Shown here: piece by piece, positions 1 through 11,490 of the stretch
How the letters are laid out: every line of letters begins with the position of its first letter
Numbering within the stretch: position 1 is the first letter of the stretch
The notes under the pieces: generated by a model
Databases searched by the model: none
Seen by the model: only the letters and a program-made list of their open reading frames with translations
Told to the model about the DNA's origin: nothing
Source of the DNA: Nitrosopumilus sp.
GTDB lineage: Archaea > Thermoproteota > Nitrososphaeria > Nitrososphaerales > Nitrosopumilaceae
Assembly: GCA_965224195.1 (NCBI GenBank)
Contig: OZ245040.1
Location: 1,600,001 to 1,664,000 of the forward strand
Direction: 5' to 3'
Length of the DNA stretch: 64,000 bases
Position numbers and translations under genes: made by a program

Positions 1-63
1 ACTGTTTGCATAAATCAAAGGCATCATTGATTATTATTATATCTTACATTACATAGGGACATC

Positions 64-1341
64 ATGATAATTCAAAATTTTGATGACTTGGCAACTACAG
101 ACAAGAAAAAAGATTGTTTAGAAATTTTAGAGTCAGGGCTTCAAGCAGCAAATCCAGAAAATATAATTAAAAAAATTGTTACTCCCAATGAAATCAAAAT
201 TAACGGCAAATCATTCAGTTTAGAGAAATATTCAAGCATCTATTCAGTAGCTTTTGGAAAGGCAGGGGACACCATGACCAGAGCACTCAATGCGATTATT
301 CCTATAAAAAGTGGAATTATAGTTATTCCAAAAGGCTCAAAATCAGTTATCAAAGGTAAAAAATTCCAGATTTTCAACTCCAGACATCCAAAGCCAGATT
401 CCACAAGCGTAAAGGCAGCAAAGGAAGTCATGAAATTTGTTCAAAACAAGCGAAATGATGAATTGATAATTTTTCTAGTTTCCGGAGGAGGATCATCATT
501 GTTAGCAATGCCTGATGACATTACTTTGGATGACAAAGTGCATGTTACAAATACATTATTAAAATCAGGAGCCACCATACAAGAATTCAATTGTATTAGA
601 AAACATCTATCCAAAATCAAGGGAGGTAAGCTTGTAGAGAATATGAAATGTCAAGGAATAGGACTTGTGATGTCAGATGTTGAAGGAGATGATCTGTCCT
701 CAATTGCATCAGGTGCAACATACATGGATGACACAACATATGAAGATGCATTAGAAATTATTAAAAAATACAAAATAGGATGGAAAATACCTGATGAAGT
801 TTTGACACTTTTAAAAAACAGAATGAATGAAAAAAAACTAGAGACTCCAAAAAAAGCTAAAATTGAAAATTATGTGATAGCAAATAATGATGATTGTCTA
901 AATGAAATGAAAGTTCAAGCAGAAAAAATGGGCTACACAGTTAGCATAATGCATATTTTTGGAGATATCAAAGAAGGGGTAACCAAAATCCTTGAAAAAA
1001 TTTCAGAGAATGAAAAAACCTGCATTATTTTTGGAGGAGAGCCAACAGTAAAAGTTCTCGGAAAAGGGATGGGAGGAAGAAATCAAGAATTAGTTTTGAG
1101 ATTATTAAAAAATACACAAAAATCAAAAAAACTTGTCATCTCATCTGCAGGAACAGATGGAATAGATGGTAACTCAGTTTTTGCAGGAGCAATTACAGAA
1201 AATGTAAAAGTAGATTTGGATGTTATGAAAGAATTTCTTAAAAATAATGATTCAGGTAGATTCTTTCAAAAACAAAAAGGCAACATAATCACTAAAGCCA
1301 CACACACAAATCTGATGGATATAGGCGTGATTTTGAAATAA
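64..1341 (+). CDS. Glycerate 2-kinase (MOFRL/DUF4147 family)
   Basis: Motifs AFGKA, HPKPD, LVSGGGSSL, RKHLSKIKGGKL, GGRNQE, GTDGIDG, TNLMD. Confidence 0.9.
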   Translation: MIIQNFDDLATTDKKKDCLEILESGLQAANPENIIKKIVTPNEIKINGKSFSLEKYSSIYSVAFGKAGDTMTRALNAIIPIKSGIIVIPKGSKSVIKGKKFQIFNSRHPKPDSTSVKAAKEVMKFVQNKRNDELIIFLVSGGGSSLLAMPDDITLDDKVHVTNTLLKSGATIQEFNCIRKHLSKIKGGKLVENMKCQGIGLVMSDVEGDDLSSIASGATYMDDTTYEDALEIIKKYKIGWKIPDEVLTLLKNRMNEKKLETPKKAKIENYVIANNDDCLNEMKVQAEKMGYTVSIMHIFGDIKEGVTKILEKISENEKTCIIFGGEPTVKVLGKGMGGRNQELVLRLLKNTQKSKKLVISSAGTDGIDGNSVFAGAITENVKVDLDVMKEFLKNNDSGRFFQKQKGNIITKATHTNLMDIGVILK

Positions 1342-1454
1342 ATCAACCTAGAGAAGATAAAATATCAATTTTAATTAAATAAAACAAGTTTCAAAATATC
1401 TGAATGACATTGTACCAAGAACCAATGACAGGGCTATGGTCAGGGGCAGATGAG

Positions 1455-1760
1455 GTTTGGATTAAGCATATATGAAATCAAGCAAGAAAGTCTTTGGAAA
1501 GAAAACTAACCATATCAGACATATTCACATTGCAGGTAAAAGAGACAACAATAACAAGATAGAAAGATTGAATGGTAAAATCAGAGACCGTGAAAAAGTA
1601 TTCAGAGGTCTCAAAAAGATAGACACTCCATCATTGACGGAATGAAAACCTACTACAATTTCACTAAAAAGCATCCATGGTTCTTTGAAAGGCAAGACAC
1701 CAGCAGAACAAGCCATGTAGATGGTAGGAACAAATGGATTACATTAATTCAAAATGCCAG
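1455..1760 (+). pseudogene. IS6-family-like (thaumarchaeal DDE) transposase, frameshifted C-terminal remnant
   Basis: Joined frames read ...HIRHIHIAGKRDNNNKIERLNGKIRDREKVFRGLKK...GMKTYYNFTKKH..SLKGKTPAEQA..GRNKWITLIQNA; marks the left edge of the island. Confidence 0.75.
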
Positions 1761-1851
1761 GCCTCTGCAAGGAAGATTCAGTCTAGCTTGTCCCTCGACA
1801 AGTTGGCAGAAAGGTCATATAATATTAGCAGTATAAAAAAAATACGGGATA

Positions 1852-4800
1852 TCATTTGCGCGACATGTCTGCGCGTACCATATGCTGCAAATAGCTCATT
1901 GCCTTTGCTTCCTCCAGTTTCATTGCATCAAGTATCTCCGGGTTTTGCAGCTTGTTTGTTGGTGAGGGCACAATCCATATGGTTACAGGCTCTGCCAGAT
2001 CAGAGGATGGTTTGTCGTATATACTGCCATACATATTTTTTGCATGCTGCAATGCGCGGTCCCTCTCATGAGATATCATACTGTCATAGTTAGAGTTTGT
2101 TCTGGTCATTACGCTGCTAATGTCATCCTGGTACCGTACAAACTCATCTCGTTCCAGCTGGAGCCATGTACCATGGTCATTTTGTGTCCAGGCAAATCCC
2201 CACTGGTCAGCCCACAGGTTTTTGGCCCTGTCTGTCTGGGTCAGTGTCAGCTGGTGCGTACTTGCATATTCATTAGAGTGATACTTGCCACTGTTTGCAA
2301 CATGGTGCATATCTGCCGGATTTAGTGATTCGCCAAGTACCACAAAGCCGTCATTAAAGTAATTTGTATGGACTCGTCTGTCCATGTCAACTGCCGCTAT
2401 GGCAAATGCCCTGTGTATTGGCGCCTCGTTGAAGTCAAACTGCAATGTTACAGTGTGACAGTTTGGTTGGGCATCTGCACTAAGACATTTGCTTGGCTGT
2501 ATGGTTGCAGCAGTTACAGTGCCATCCAGCAAACCTTCTGTATCTGTTGTATCAATTCGGACTACATCATAGTTATTTGGACTGGTATAGTTTCTAGACA
2601 GACTTACCTTTACGAATACCTCTGCATTAGATGCATCTCCAGGCCTTGGTACTCCAAAGAAAAACTCTACATATCGCAAAGTATTGTCAGTGTACATTTT
2701 GGCCTGCAGATAGTTTGTGGTGTCTATCAATATTTTATCCTCCGGATATTTTGTGTGCCATGATACAACGTCAACGCAGCTGTCATTAAGGCACATGCCA
2801 TCATTTACAATCAGACTTTCTGTCAGGTGGGATAATCCAAAGGTTGGCTTTTTGTAGTGCTCATTTGAGCTGCCAGTACTCCTCTTCTTTTTGTGATCTT
2901 TTAGTGGATCTGCGTTAGGATCTGGTACTGTATATGTCACATCATAAGAGCCAAAAGGCTGTGGAGAACCTTCTACATTGAAAAATACACTCAATGTAAA
3001 GTAGTATGTCTCTCCAGGATTAACATTATTAAATATGTGGGATTCTAATGTACCACCTATTACACCGTCAAGTGATATGTAACCACCAGTATGTGGGTCA
3101 CCATTAGCATTCTCTGATACCCATGATAAATCATAGCCAGTTACCTCTAATGATGGCGGCTGGGTCCATGTCAGTAAGATTGCAGTGCTGTTATACATTG
3201 CAGCATTTACTGTTACAACAACTGGTGCAGGAACTATATCATCTGCCATATCTTGGGCATCTGCTGCGGCTTGGGCTGCTGCATCTGCTGCTGCTTGGGC
3301 ATCTGCTGCTGCTTGGGCATCTGCTGCTGCTTGGGCTGCTGCTGCTTGGGCATCTGCTGCTGCTTGGGCATCTGCTGCTGCTTGGGCTGCTGCTGCTTGG
3401 GCATCTGCTGCTTGGGCATCTGCTGCTGCAGGCATATCAAAGGAGGCAGATACCGCAGATGATTGCACAGTATATGTTGATCCAACGGCGGCATCTGCAA
3501 CTACAAATACGTTGTATGACTTACCCGGTGTCAGGCCTGTTGCCGTATATGAGGTGCCAGTTATAGAACCGCTTGATGCAGCAGCACCAGAACCGTCAGA
3601 ATCAACAACAGTCACTTGATAAGTTACATTATTAATGGTATAGAAGTCATTGACATCCACTGTAGGTGCAGTCCAAGTGATAGTAGCTGTGGTGCCGTTT
3701 ATGACACTGACTAAAAGGTTAGTTGGCGCATCAAGTGATGGTGGTTCAGACACAGCAAAGGATACAGCTGCGGTAGGTTGGGAGGACAAAACGGCTGAAT
3801 CTGACAACAAGGCTTTTGCCTCTATGGTTACCTCATAAGATTTGCCCGGTATCAGGTTTGTTGCCGTATGTGTGGTAGTGCTGCCGTCAGATATGGTATA
3901 CGGTACGGTGGTGCCAGCAGCAGTATCAGTGACATTCACGAGATAGGATACGGAATTAATGTCATAGAATGAATTGGCCGGTATTGCAGGTGCAGTCCAG
4001 GTGATTTCAGCGGCTGTGCCGTTTATGACATTGACTGAAAGGTTAGTTGGCGCAGCAAGTGACGGAGGTGTCGGCATATCAAAGGATACAGCTGTGGCAG
4101 ATGATTCCAAATCATCGCCTGAATCCAGCAAGACTAGTGCCTTTACAGATGCATTATAGGACTTGCCCGGTATCAGGTTTGTTGCCGTATGTGTGGTAGT
4201 GGTGCCGTCAGATATGGTATACGGTACGGTGGTGCCAGCATCAGTATCAGTGACATTCACAAGGTAGGATACGGAATTAATGTCATAGAATGGATTGGCA
4301 GGTATTGCAGGTGCAGTCCAGGTGATTTCAGCAGCTGTGCCGTTTATGACATTGACTAAAAGGTTAGTTGGCGCATCAAGTGATGGCGGCTGTACACTGT
4401 TAGTTACTGCAATGGCATTGTTTAGTGCTGCAACTATTTGATTGCCTGAAACATCAAATACTGCCGCTTCTAGGATGTCCAGTTCTGGGACAGTCAATGC
4501 AATGACTGCCAGTCTTTGGGATTCGGTCAGCTTGATCTCTATTGAAGTGCTGTTGCCGACAGTTTCAATGCTGGCACCAGTCAGTGCCGTGCCGGTACCA
4601 TTAGCACTTCCCGACTCACTGATGAACAGTTTGGATAAATCAAAGGGGGCAGTAGTAGACAAGCCCTCGTTTGCTATTATCTCATCAAAAGTTATTGTCA
4701 GGACTCCTGTTTCCTCATCCAGTGCGGCTGACTCTAATTTTGGCGGGATGCTGTCAACAGGTACTGTATATTTAATAAAAGTAGTAGAATGTACCGAGCC

Positions 4801-7800
4801 CTCATAATTGTATAGAACCAAGTAAATAGTATATGTACGTCCAGGATCAACGTTTTTAATTATTTGTGATGTTGGCCTATCATCTTCATATTTAAAGTCC
4901 TTTAAAGGCACAAGTCCTCTTGAGTCATCACCATCACCCAAAGACAGTTCATAAAAAACTATATCACTGGATATTGAAAGCCATGACACCTTGATTGCAT
5001 CACTGCCATTCATTGCAGCAGTTAATTGTATGTCTTTTGGTGTTTCAGTAAATGGTATGTCTTTTAGAGGAGCTGATAATCCTTTATCAGTAACACCACC
5101 ATCACCACCAGGAAATATTAGACTATTAACACCACCACCAGAAGGATATATTGGAGTTACTTGAAACCTGCATATGCCGTTTATATCCAAATCATCTATA
5201 GACACAGATGTAAAGCCAGTATGAATCTCAGTATATTTTGTACCATGAGTAGCAGGACAATTGTATGAGATACTATAATAATCTAATACTTTATCACCTG
5301 AATTTGCTGGTGCTTTCCATGTTAAAGTGACTCTTTTGTTACCTGTTTTTTCTATCTCTAAATTTTGTACTTTAATCTGATCTGCTGATGGCGGTGTGCC
5401 TGCACCGCTATCTACTACTACTACTGCTGCTGCTGGCATATTAAAGGAGGCAGATACCTCAACTGATTCCACAGTATAGCTTGATCCAACGACAGCATAT
5501 GCAACTACATATACATTGTATGACTCACCCGGTGTCAGGCCTGTTGCCGTATATGAGGTGCCAGTTATAGAACCACTTGATGCAGCACCAGAACCGTCAG
5601 AATCAACGACAGTCACTTGATAACTCACATCATTAATGGTATAATACTCATTGACAACCACTGTAGGTGCAGTCCAAGTGATAGTAGCTGTGGTGCCAGA
5701 TACAGCCACTGAAAGGTTGGTTGGAGCATCAAGTGATGGAGGTTCAGACACAGCAAAGGATACAGCTGCGGTAGGTTGGGAGGACAGAACGGTTGAATCT
5801 GACAACAAGGCTGTTGCCTCTACGGTTACCTCATAAGATTTGCCAGGTGTCAGGTTTGTTGCCGTATGTGTGGTAGTGGTGCCAGCAGGTACGGTATACG
5901 GTACGGTGGTGCCAGCAGCAGTATCAGTGACATTCACAAGATAGGATACGTTACTAATGTCATAGAATGAATTGGCCGGTATTGCAGGTGCAGTCCAAGT
6001 GATGGTAGCTGTGGTGCCAGATACTGCCACTGAAAGGCCAGTTGGAGCAGCAAGTGGCGGTGCTGGTACTGCTGCTACACTGTTAGTTACTGCAATTGCA
6101 TTGTTTAGTGCCGCAGCTATTGCGTTGCCTGAAACATCAGATACTGCTGCTGCCATGATGTCCAGTTCTGGAGTAGTCAATGCAAGGGCTGACTGTAATT
6201 GAGGTGCAGTCAGCTTGATTTCTATGGAGGTACTGTTGCCGACAGTTTCAATGCTGGCACCGCTCAGTGCCGTGCCGGTACCATTAACACTTGCTGACTC
6301 ACTGATGAGCAGTTTGGACAGGTCAACTGGAGTGGTTAATGCATACTCGTAGACACGATTATGTTGAGCACCTACAACAAACATCTTTGTTCCAGCAGGG
6401 TTGAATGTCACACCATTTGGAGAGTTGTCCTGTGTACCTACTGGGAAATGGCGTGTATAGGAGGAGGAAGATAAGTCAAAGGGAGTAGTTAATGCATACT
6501 CGTAGACACGATCATATTGACTACCTACAACAAACATCTTTGTTCCAGCAGGGTTGAATGTTACACCATATGGAGAGTTGTCCTGTGTACCTACTGGGAA
6601 ATCGCGTGTATAGGAGGAGGAAGATACGTCAAATGGAGAAGATAATGTGTACTCGTAGATCTTCTCATTGGCATAACCTGCAACAAACATCTTTGTTCCA
6701 GCAGGGTTGAATGCTACACCATATAGAGATGAGTCCTGTGAATGTATTGAAAAAGAGCGGTCTGCATAGGCGGCAGTGGATAGGTCAAATGGAGAAGATA
6801 ATGTGTACTCGTAGATATTCTCACTGGTATGACCTACAACAAACATCTTTGTTCCAGCAGGGTTGAATGCTACATCATATGGAGATGTGTCCTGTGAATG
6901 TATTGAAAAAGAGCGGTCTGCATAGGCGGCAGTGGATACGTCAAATGGAGCAGTTAATCTATACTCGTAGATACTATCATTTTGGTTACCTACAACAAAC
7001 ATCAGTGTTCCATTTGTGCTAAATGCCACGCCTTGTGGAGAGTTGTCCTGTGAAGCTACTAAGAAAGAGTTGTCTGTATAGTCAGCAGTAGACAGATCAA
7101 AGCCCTCGTTTGCTATTATCTCATCAAAAGTTACTGCCAAGACTCCGGTTTCCTCATCTAGTGCGGCTGACTCGAAGGTTGGCGGGGTATTGTCAGCAGC
7201 AAGTGGTGGCGGTGGTGGTAATACTGCTGCTACACTGTTAGTTACTGCAATTGCATTGTCATATAATGCGAGAATTTGATTGCCTGAAACATCAGATACT
7301 GCCGCTTCTAGGATGTCCAGTTCTGGAATAGTCAATGCAATTACTGACTGTAATTGAGGTGCAGTTATCTTGATCTCTATTGAAGTGCTGTTGCCGACAG
7401 TTTCAATGCTGGCACCAGTCAGTGCCGTGCCGGTACCATTAACACTTCCCGACTCACTGATGAACAGTTTGGATAGGTCAACTGGAGTGGTTAATGCATA
7501 CTCGTGTACACGATCACTGCCAGTACCTACAACAAACATCTTTGTTCCAGCAGGGTTAAATGCCACGCCTCTTGGAGAATTGTCCTGTGAACCTACTGAG
7601 AGAGTGTCTGTATGGGAAACATTGGACAAGTCAAAGGGAGTAGTTAATGTGTACTCGTAGATATTATCATGTTGAAAACCTGCAACAAACATCTTTGTTC
7701 CGTCTGGGTTAAATGCCATGCCTGTTGGACTCGTGTCCTGTGAACCTACTGCGAAAGATCTATTTGCATAGGAGGAGGAGGATAAGTCAAAGGGAGTAGT

Positions 7801-10800
7801 TAATGTGTACTCGTAGATTTTTTCAGTATTATAACCTACAACAAACATCTTTGTTCCGTCTGTGTTAAATGCCATGCCTGTTGGATGCGTGTCCTGTGTG
7901 CCTACTGAGACAGAGCTATTTGCATAGGAGGCAGTGGATAAGTCAAAGGGAGTAGTTAATGTGTACTCGTAGATAGCATTATTGGCAGTACCTGCAACAA
8001 ACATCTTTGTTCCGTCTGTGTTAAATGCCATACCTGTTGGATGCGTGTCCTGTAAAGCTACTGGGTAATGGCGTACAAAGGTGGGATTGGATACGTCAAA
8101 GGGAGCATCTAATGTGTACTCGAAGACCTTCTCACTTTGATAACCTACAACAAACATCTTTGTTCCATTTGTGTTGAATGTTACGCTTTCTGGATCCGAC
8201 TCCCTGCTATTTACTGAGAAAGAGTTGTCTGTATAGGAGGCAGTAGACAAGTCAAAGCCCTCGTTTGCTATTATCTCATCAAAAGTTACTGCCAAAACTC
8301 CGGTTTCCTCATTTAGTGTTGCTGAATCAAATGTTGGCGGGATATTATCAGCAGCAAGTGGTGGCGGTGTGCCTGCCCCACCATCTACTACTACTGCAGG
8401 TATATTAAAGGAGGCAGATACAGGAGATGATTCCACAAAATAGTCTGGTCCAATGATCACTGCATATACATGTACATCGTATGACTCACCCGGTGTCAGG
8501 CCTGTTGCCGTATATGAGGTGTCATCTGCAGTGTCGTCGAGTTCAGAATCGTCAGAACTAATGACAGTCAATTGATAACTCACATCATCAATGGTATAAT
8601 ACTCATTGAAATCCACTGTAGGTGCAGCCCAAGTGATTTCAGCGGCTGTGCCGTTTATGACATTGACTAAAAGGTTGGTTGGCGCATCAAGTGGTGGAGG
8701 TAGCGGTATATCAAAGGATACAGCTGCGGCAGGTTGGGAGGACAGAACGGTTGAATCTGACAACAAGGCTTTTGCCTCAACTGTTACCTCATAAGATTTG
8801 CCCACTATCAGGTACGTCGTATGCTCGGTAGTGCCAGCAGGCACGGTATGCTGTACGCTGGTGCCAGCAGCAACATCAATGACATACACGATATAGGATA
8901 CGGAATTAATATCATAGAATGAATTGGCCGGTATTACAGGTGCAGTCCAGATGATGTCAACGGCTGTGGTAAATACATCCACTGAAAGGCCAGTTGGCGC
9001 AGCAAGTGGTGGTGGTACTGCTGCTACACTGTTAGTTACTGCAATGATATTGTCATATGATGCGAGAATCTCATTACCTGAAACATCAGATACAGCTGCT
9101 GCCAAGATGTCCAGTTCTGGGGTAGTCAATGCAATTACTGACTGTAATTGAGGTGCAGTCATCTTGATCTCTATGGAGGTGCTGTTGCCGACAGTTTCAA
9201 TGCTGGCACTGCTCAGTACCGTGCCGGTACCATTAACACTTCCCGACTCACTGATGAGCAGTTTGGATAGATCAACTGGAGTAGACAATGCATACTCGTA
9301 GACACGATTATGTTGAGCACCTACAACAAACATCTTTGTTCCAGCAGGGTTGAATGCCACGCCTCTTGGAGACGTGTCCTGTGTACCTACTGTGAGAGTG
9401 TCTGTATGGGAGACATTGGATAAGTCAAAGGGAGTAGATAATGTGTACTCGTAGATAGCATTATTGGTACTACCTGCAACAAACATCTTTGTTCCAGCCG
9501 GGTTAAATGCCACGCCTTCTGGACCCGTGTCCTGTGTACCTACTGAGAAAGAGCTATTTGCATAGGAGGCAGTGGATAAGTTAAAGGGAGTAGATAATGT
9601 ATACTCGTAGATTTTTTCAGTATTATAATCTACAACAAACATCTTTGTTCCGTCTGGGTTAAATGCCACATCATGTGGAGACGTGGCCTCTGAAGATACT
9701 GAGAAATTGCGTGTATGGGAGACATGGGATAAGTCAAAGGGAGTAGTTAATGTGTACTCGTAGATAGCATTATTGGTATTACCTGCAACAAACATCTTTG
9801 TTCCATTTGTGTTAAATGCCATACCTGTTGGATGCGTGTCCTGTAAAGCTACTGGGTAATGGCGTACAAAGGTGGGATTGGATACGTCAAAGGGAGCATC
9901 TAATGTGTACTCGAAGACCTTCTCACTTTGATAACCTGCAACAAACATCTTTGTTCCATTTGTGTTGAATGTTACGCTTTCTGGATCCGTGTCCTTGTTA
10001 TCTACTGAGAAAGAATTGTCTGTATAGACGGCAGTAGACAAGTCAAAGCCCTCGTTTGCTATTATCTCATCAAAAGTTATTGCCAAAACTCCGGTTTCCT
10101 CATCTAGTGCGGCTGACTCGAAGGTTGGCGGGGTATTGTCAGCAGCAAGTGGTGGCGGTGGTGATACTACCGCTACACTGTTAGTTACTACAATGGCATT
10201 GTCATATGATGCGAGAATCTCATTACCTGAAACATCAGATACTGCCGCTGCCAAGATGTCCAGTTCTGGAGTAGTTAATGCAAGGGCTGACTGTAATTGA
10301 AGTGCAGTAAGCTTGATCTCTATGGAGGTGCTGTTGCCGACAGTTTCAATGCTGGCACCGCTCAGTGCCGTGCCGGTACCATTAACACTTGCTAACTCAC
10401 TGATGAACAGTTTTGACAGGTCAACTGGAGTGGTTAATGCATACTCGTGGATATTCCCGCCATCATTACCTACAACAAACATCTTTGTTCCAGCAGGGTT
10501 AAATGCTACATCTGCCGGAATCTCGTCCCGTGCAGATACTGAGAAAGTGCCTGTATGGGAGACATTGGATATGTCAAATGGAGTAGTTAATGTGTACTCG
10601 TAGACATTGTCACTACCATAACCTACAACAAACATCTTTGTTCCAGCCGGGTTAAATGCCACACCTGACGGAGTACCCTCCCGTACCCCTATTGAGAAAG
10701 TGCCTGTATGGGAGGCAGTAGATACGTTAAAGGGAGTAGATAATGTGTACTCGTAGACAGCACCATTATTAGAACCTACAACAAACATCTTTGTTCCAGC

Positions 10801-11403
10801 CGGGTTGAATGCCACGTCTTCTGGATACGTGGCCTCTGAAGATACTGAGACATTGCGTGTATAGGAGGCAGTGGATAAGTTAAAGGGAGTAGTTAATGTG
10901 TACTCATTGACCTTTTCACTGTCAGTACCTATAACAAACATCTTTGTTCCAGCTGGGTTAAATGCCACGTCTTCTGGGGTGTCTTCCTTTAAAGATACTG
11001 AGAAATCGCGTTTATAGTCGGAGGAGGATACGTCAAAGGGAGTAGTTAATTCGTACTCGTAGATTTTGCCAGTACTAGAACCTGCAACAAACATCTTTGT
11101 TCCGTCTGGGTTAAATGCTACACCTGTTGGATCCGAGTCCTTGTTAGATACTGAGAAAGAGTTGTCTGTATAGTCAGCAGTAGACAGATCAAAGCCCTCG
11201 TTTGCGATTATCTCATTAAAAGTTATTGCCAAAACTCCGGTTCCCTCATCCAGTGCTGCTGACTCGAAGGTTGGCGGGGTGCTGTCAGGTGTAACTGCAA
11301 CAGGACTGCCCGGTGATGGTGCCTGTGCAGACACAAGAGACATGCCAGACAATGCAAGAACTGAGAAAAGCAAAAACAGCAAAAAGACACTCTTTGGAGC
11401 CAT
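1852..11403 (-). CDS. Giant secreted surface protein (3183 aa): four beta-propeller modules, several FN3 domains, Ala/Gln linker, C-terminal domain
   Basis: Signal peptide MAPKSVFLLFLLFSVLALSG; repeated blades FNPAGTKMFVVG..IYEYTLSTPFDLS; FN3 motifs APTNL..ITWTAP..TGLTPGESY. Confidence 0.85.
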   Translation of the reverse strand: MAPKSVFLLFLLFSVLALSGMSLVSAQAPSPGSPVAVTPDSTPPTFESAALDEGTGVLAITFNEIIANEGFDLSTADYTDNSFSVSNKDSDPTGVAFNPDGTKMFVAGSSTGKIYEYELTTPFDVSSSDYKRDFSVSLKEDTPEDVAFNPAGTKMFVIGTDSEKVNEYTLTTPFNLSTASYTRNVSVSSEATYPEDVAFNPAGTKMFVVGSNNGAVYEYTLSTPFNVSTASHTGTFSIGVREGTPSGVAFNPAGTKMFVVGYGSDNVYEYTLTTPFDISNVSHTGTFSVSARDEIPADVAFNPAGTKMFVVGNDGGNIHEYALTTPVDLSKLFISELASVNGTGTALSGASIETVGNSTSIEIKLTALQLQSALALTTPELDILAAAVSDVSGNEILASYDNAIVVTNSVAVVSPPPPLAADNTPPTFESAALDEETGVLAITFDEIIANEGFDLSTAVYTDNSFSVDNKDTDPESVTFNTNGTKMFVAGYQSEKVFEYTLDAPFDVSNPTFVRHYPVALQDTHPTGMAFNTNGTKMFVAGNTNNAIYEYTLTTPFDLSHVSHTRNFSVSSEATSPHDVAFNPDGTKMFVVDYNTEKIYEYTLSTPFNLSTASYANSSFSVGTQDTGPEGVAFNPAGTKMFVAGSTNNAIYEYTLSTPFDLSNVSHTDTLTVGTQDTSPRGVAFNPAGTKMFVVGAQHNRVYEYALSTPVDLSKLLISESGSVNGTGTVLSSASIETVGNSTSIEIKMTAPQLQSVIALTTPELDILAAAVSDVSGNEILASYDNIIAVTNSVAAVPPPLAAPTGLSVDVFTTAVDIIWTAPVIPANSFYDINSVSYIVYVIDVAAGTSVQHTVPAGTTEHTTYLIVGKSYEVTVEAKALLSDSTVLSSQPAAAVSFDIPLPPPLDAPTNLLVNVINGTAAEITWAAPTVDFNEYYTIDDVSYQLTVISSDDSELDDTADDTSYTATGLTPGESYDVHVYAVIIGPDYFVESSPVSASFNIPAVVVDGGAGTPPPLAADNIPPTFDSATLNEETGVLAVTFDEIIANEGFDLSTASYTDNSFSVNSRESDPESVTFNTNGTKMFVVGYQSEKVFEYTLDAPFDVSNPTFVRHYPVALQDTHPTGMAFNTDGTKMFVAGTANNAIYEYTLTTPFDLSTASYANSSVSVGTQDTHPTGMAFNTDGTKMFVVGYNTEKIYEYTLTTPFDLSSSSYANRSFAVGSQDTSPTGMAFNPDGTKMFVAGFQHDNIYEYTLTTPFDLSNVSHTDTLSVGSQDNSPRGVAFNPAGTKMFVVGTGSDRVHEYALTTPVDLSKLFISESGSVNGTGTALTGASIETVGNSTSIEIKITAPQLQSVIALTIPELDILEAAVSDVSGNQILALYDNAIAVTNSVAAVLPPPPPLAADNTPPTFESAALDEETGVLAVTFDEIIANEGFDLSTADYTDNSFLVASQDNSPQGVAFSTNGTLMFVVGNQNDSIYEYRLTAPFDVSTAAYADRSFSIHSQDTSPYDVAFNPAGTKMFVVGHTSENIYEYTLSSPFDLSTAAYADRSFSIHSQDSSLYGVAFNPAGTKMFVAGYANEKIYEYTLSSPFDVSSSSYTRDFPVGTQDNSPYGVTFNPAGTKMFVVGSQYDRVYEYALTTPFDLSSSSYTRHFPVGTQDNSPNGVTFNPAGTKMFVVGAQHNRVYEYALTTPVDLSKLLISESASVNGTGTALSGASIETVGNSTSIEIKLTAPQLQSALALTTPELDIMAAAVSDVSGNAIAAALNNAIAVTNSVAAVPAPPLAAPTGLSVAVSGTTATITWTAPAIPANSFYDISNVSYLVNVTDTAAGTTVPYTVPAGTTTTHTATNLTPGKSYEVTVEATALLSDSTVLSSQPTAAVSFAVSEPPSLDAPTNLSVAVSGTTATITWTAPTVVVNEYYTINDVSYQVTVVDSDGSGAASSGSITGTSYTATGLTPGESYNVYVVAYAVVGSSYTVESVEVSASFNMPAAAVVVVDSGAGTPPSADQIKVQNLEIEKTGNKRVTLTWKAPANSGDKVLDYYSISYNCPATHGTKYTEIHTGFTSVSIDDLDINGICRFQVTPIYPSGGGVNSLIFPGGDGGVTDKGLSAPLKDIPFTETPKDIQLTAAMNGSDAIKVSWLSISSDIVFYELSLGDGDDSRGLVPLKDFKYEDDRPTSQIIKNVDPGRTYTIYLVLYNYEGSVHSTTFIKYTVPVDSIPPKLESAALDEETGVLTITFDEIIANEGLSTTAPFDLSKLFISESGSANGTGTALTGASIETVGNSTSIEIKLTESQRLAVIALTVPELDILEAAVFDVSGNQIVAALNNAIAVTNSVQPPSLDAPTNLLVNVINGTAAEITWTAPAIPANPFYDINSVSYLVNVTDTDAGTTVPYTISDGTTTTHTATNLIPGKSYNASVKALVLLDSGDDLESSATAVSFDMPTPPSLAAPTNLSVNVINGTAAEITWTAPAIPANSFYDINSVSYLVNVTDTAAGTTVPYTISDGSTTTHTATNLIPGKSYEVTIEAKALLSDSAVLSSQPTAAVSFAVSEPPSLDAPTNLLVSVINGTTATITWTAPTVDVNDFYTINNVTYQVTVVDSDGSGAAASSGSITGTSYTATGLTPGKSYNVFVVADAAVGSTYTVQSSAVSASFDMPAAADAQAADAQAAAAQAAADAQAAADAQAAAAQAAADAQAAADAQAAADAAAQAAADAQDMADDIVPAPVVVTVNAAMYNSTAILLTWTQPPSLEVTGYDLSWVSENANGDPHTGGYISLDGVIGGTLESHIFNNVNPGETYYFTLSVFFNVEGSPQPFGSYDVTYTVPDPNADPLKDHKKKRSTGSSNEHYKKPTFGLSHLTESLIVNDGMCLNDSCVDVVSWHTKYPEDKILIDTTNYLQAKMYTDNTLRYVEFFFGVPRPGDASNAEVFVKVSLSRNYTSPNNYDVVRIDTTDTEGLLDGTVTAATIQPSKCLSADAQPNCHTVTLQFDFNEAPIHRAFAIAAVDMDRRVHTNYFNDGFVVLGESLNPADMHHVANSGKYHSNEYASTHQLTLTQTDRAKNLWADQWGFAWTQNDHGTWLQLERDEFVRYQDDISSVMTRTNSNYDSMISHERDRALQHAKNMYGSIYDKPSSDLAEPVTIWIVPSPTNKLQNPEILDAMKLEEAKAMSYLQHMVRADMSRK
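3250..3430 (-). repeat. Coding 15/18-bp tandem repeat (QAAADA)n
   Basis: Repeated gcttgggcatctgctgct units. Confidence 0.9.
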
Positions 11404-11490
11404 GGCTACAAAGACTCCGTCATCGTCATGCCATCAAGAAAGGCAGGACTTTGGGCTACAAAATATTCAGGCAATGGGAGTCTCGCTTCT

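Noticed and set aside
3123-3619. Several low-complexity overlapping ORFs
   Set aside because: Shadows of the QAAADA repeat in the giant protein.
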